Notes under the pieces: model-generated
Told to the model about the DNA's origin: nothing
The model's input: only the letters and a program-made list of their open reading frames with translations
The model's database searches: none
Part shown: positions 62,509 through 64,000 of the stretch, piece by piece
Layout of the letters: each line of letters begins with the position of its first letter
How positions within the stretch are numbered: position 1 is the stretch's first letter
Made by a program: the position numbers and the translations under genes
Source of the DNA: Chiloscyllium plagiosum
Lineage: Eukaryota
Reading direction: 5' to 3'
Length of the DNA: 64,000 bases
Assembly (NCBI RefSeq): GCF_004010195.1
Contig: NC_057750.1
Location: 20,277,964-20,341,963, forward strand

Positions 62509-62580
62509 ATGGCAAGCAACGATGGCTCCAACATTCCAACCGATCAGTACAATTGGTCTGCTTGCAAAGTGAGTCTGCAA
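62509..62580 (-). CDS. KANSL3: KANSL3 exon, 72 nt (LQTHFASRPIVLIGWNVGAIVACH)
   Basis: Matches human [24 protein letters not shown]. Acceptor (tc)n-ctag, donor CAT|gtaagg, phase 0/0. Confidence 0.93.
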
Positions 62581-62584
62581 CTAG

Positions 62585-62610
62585 GAGAGAGAGAGAGAGA
62601 GAGAGAGAGA
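62585..62610. repeat. (GA)13 microsatellite
   Basis: Read directly. It forms the polypyrimidine tract of the exon 62509-62580 acceptor on the minus strand. Confidence 0.9.
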
Positions 62611-62914
62611 AAAAAAGAGACACAAATGCACATGAGTACATCTGAATACTTTACCAACATAATCAGGATTTTTGCTTCTGCCACCCTTGCAGGTACTGAG
62701 CTCCAGATTTATAGTCAGTGAATTTTTTTTAACCTCGCATCCCCTCTAAACCTCTTTCCCCTCACCTTAAAGCTATGGTCATGGTCACGGATCCCTTCAA
62801 AGGAAGAGGTTTCTTCCTGTCCACTTTATTTACACCCCTCACAGTTTTATACGTCTCAACCATGTCCTCCCTCAGTCTCCTCTGCTCGAAGGAAAACAAC
62901 CTCAATGTCTCTTT

Positions 62915-63832
62915 ATAACCAAACTAAAAGAGCACGATGATCATGATGGAACTGCATAAATTGCTAGTTATTGCACAATTTGAAGATTGTGAGCAATTCT
63001 GGTCACCTCATTACAGAAAGAACGGAATTGCAGCAAAGAGGATGCAGAGGACACTGACTAAGCTGTCGCCAGGGATAGCAAAGTCTAGTCCTGGAGAAAG
63101 ATTGGATTGGTTGGGGTTGCTCTCTGTGCACAAGAGGAGCCTGAGGAGATTTGATTGAGGCGAGCAACATTGAGGCAGGCCCTTGTACAGTGGTCAGTAA
63201 GGGTCTATTTTCCTTATTGGAATCATCAGTGACAATAGGGTATAGACTTCAAGTGATCGTTAGGGATTAGAGGGGAGATAAGGAAAGGTTTTTTCATATC
63301 CAAAGTGCGTTCATGGTCTGAAGTTCACTGACTGAAACAACAGCAACAAGCAGAAACCCTCAACAGAGCTCAACGGTTTCTGGATGTGCACCTTTGGTAG
63401 CAGAACCCGCAGGACTCCAGAGTATAGGCTGAAAAGTTGCCAGGGTTGGAGGGTTTGAGGTATCGGGAGAGGCTGAATGAGCTGGGATTATTTTCCCTGG
63501 AGCGTCGGAGGCCGAGAAGTGACCTTATAGAGGTTTATAAAATCATGAAGGACACCCCAGTCTAACACCAGCACCTCCAAAGGAAAAGATTTTAAAAATA
63601 GTCCCGGGGGGTAACGTTTTCACACAGAGGGTGGTGCGTGTATGGAATGAGCTGCCAGAGAAACTGATACAATTTTAACATTCAAAAGGCATCTGGATGG
63701 GTATATGAATAGGAAGGTTCTGGTGTATATGGGCCAAATACTAACAAATGAGACTACATTAATTCAGGATATGTGGTCAGCATGGACAGGTTGGACCAAA
63801 GGGTCTGTTTCCATGCCGTACATACTGCACGA
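62915..63832 (+). mobile_element. Two CR1 LINE 3' fragments in tandem
   Basis: CEQFWSPHYRK...MQRTLTK. A second fragment runs from about 63436 (ttgccagggttggagggtttgag) to the 3' UTR. Confidence 0.75.
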
Positions 63833-63970
63833 CTCTTGATTGTTGCATTCAAAACCCCACGGTTAGAATGTGGAAGGAGGAAACACAAGGGGGCAAACTC
63901 AGCTTCCAAAGGACCAAAGGCCTTTTGTAGCAAAACTCTGCTTTGACATTCTTGGTGTCAAATTACCTAC

Positions 63971-64000
63971 CTCCAGGATCTTGGCTCGGACCACTCCAAT
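63971..64000 (-). CDS. KANSL3: KANSL3 exon, truncated by the window edge (IGVVRAKILE)
   Basis: Matches human IGAVRSKVLE. Donor GAG|gtaggt, phase 0. Confidence 0.85.

Overview
Vertebrate genomic DNA, most likely from a cartilaginous fish (shark). This is inferred from the V-domain tRNA-SINEs, the very dense CR1 LINEs and the presence of a Y8-type NPY receptor. Two genes converge tail-to-tail. The first is an intronless neuropeptide Y receptor of the Y1 subfamily, best matching Y8 (129-1223, +). The second is the 3' part of KANSL3 on the minus strand. I reconstructed 14 KANSL3 exons by hand (64000 down to about 11455), all with GT-AG boundaries and consistent phases, plus two further phase-consistent candidate exons that run into a 500-N gap (8501-9000). 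The introns are mostly decayed CR1/L2 LINEs, plus SINEs, Tigger-like DNA transposon remnants and minisatellites. The most striking non-genic signal is a set of Penelope-like element termini from at least three families. They carry minimal hammerhead ribozyme cores (CUGANGA-stem II-GAAAC-GUC), are often inverted, and are flanked by 13-17 bp target-site duplications. A ~185 bp inverted repeat also spans most of one KANSL3 intron. Exon, TSD and ribozyme coordinates were counted by hand. Repeat boundaries are approximate, and protein identities rest on remembered sequences, not database searches.
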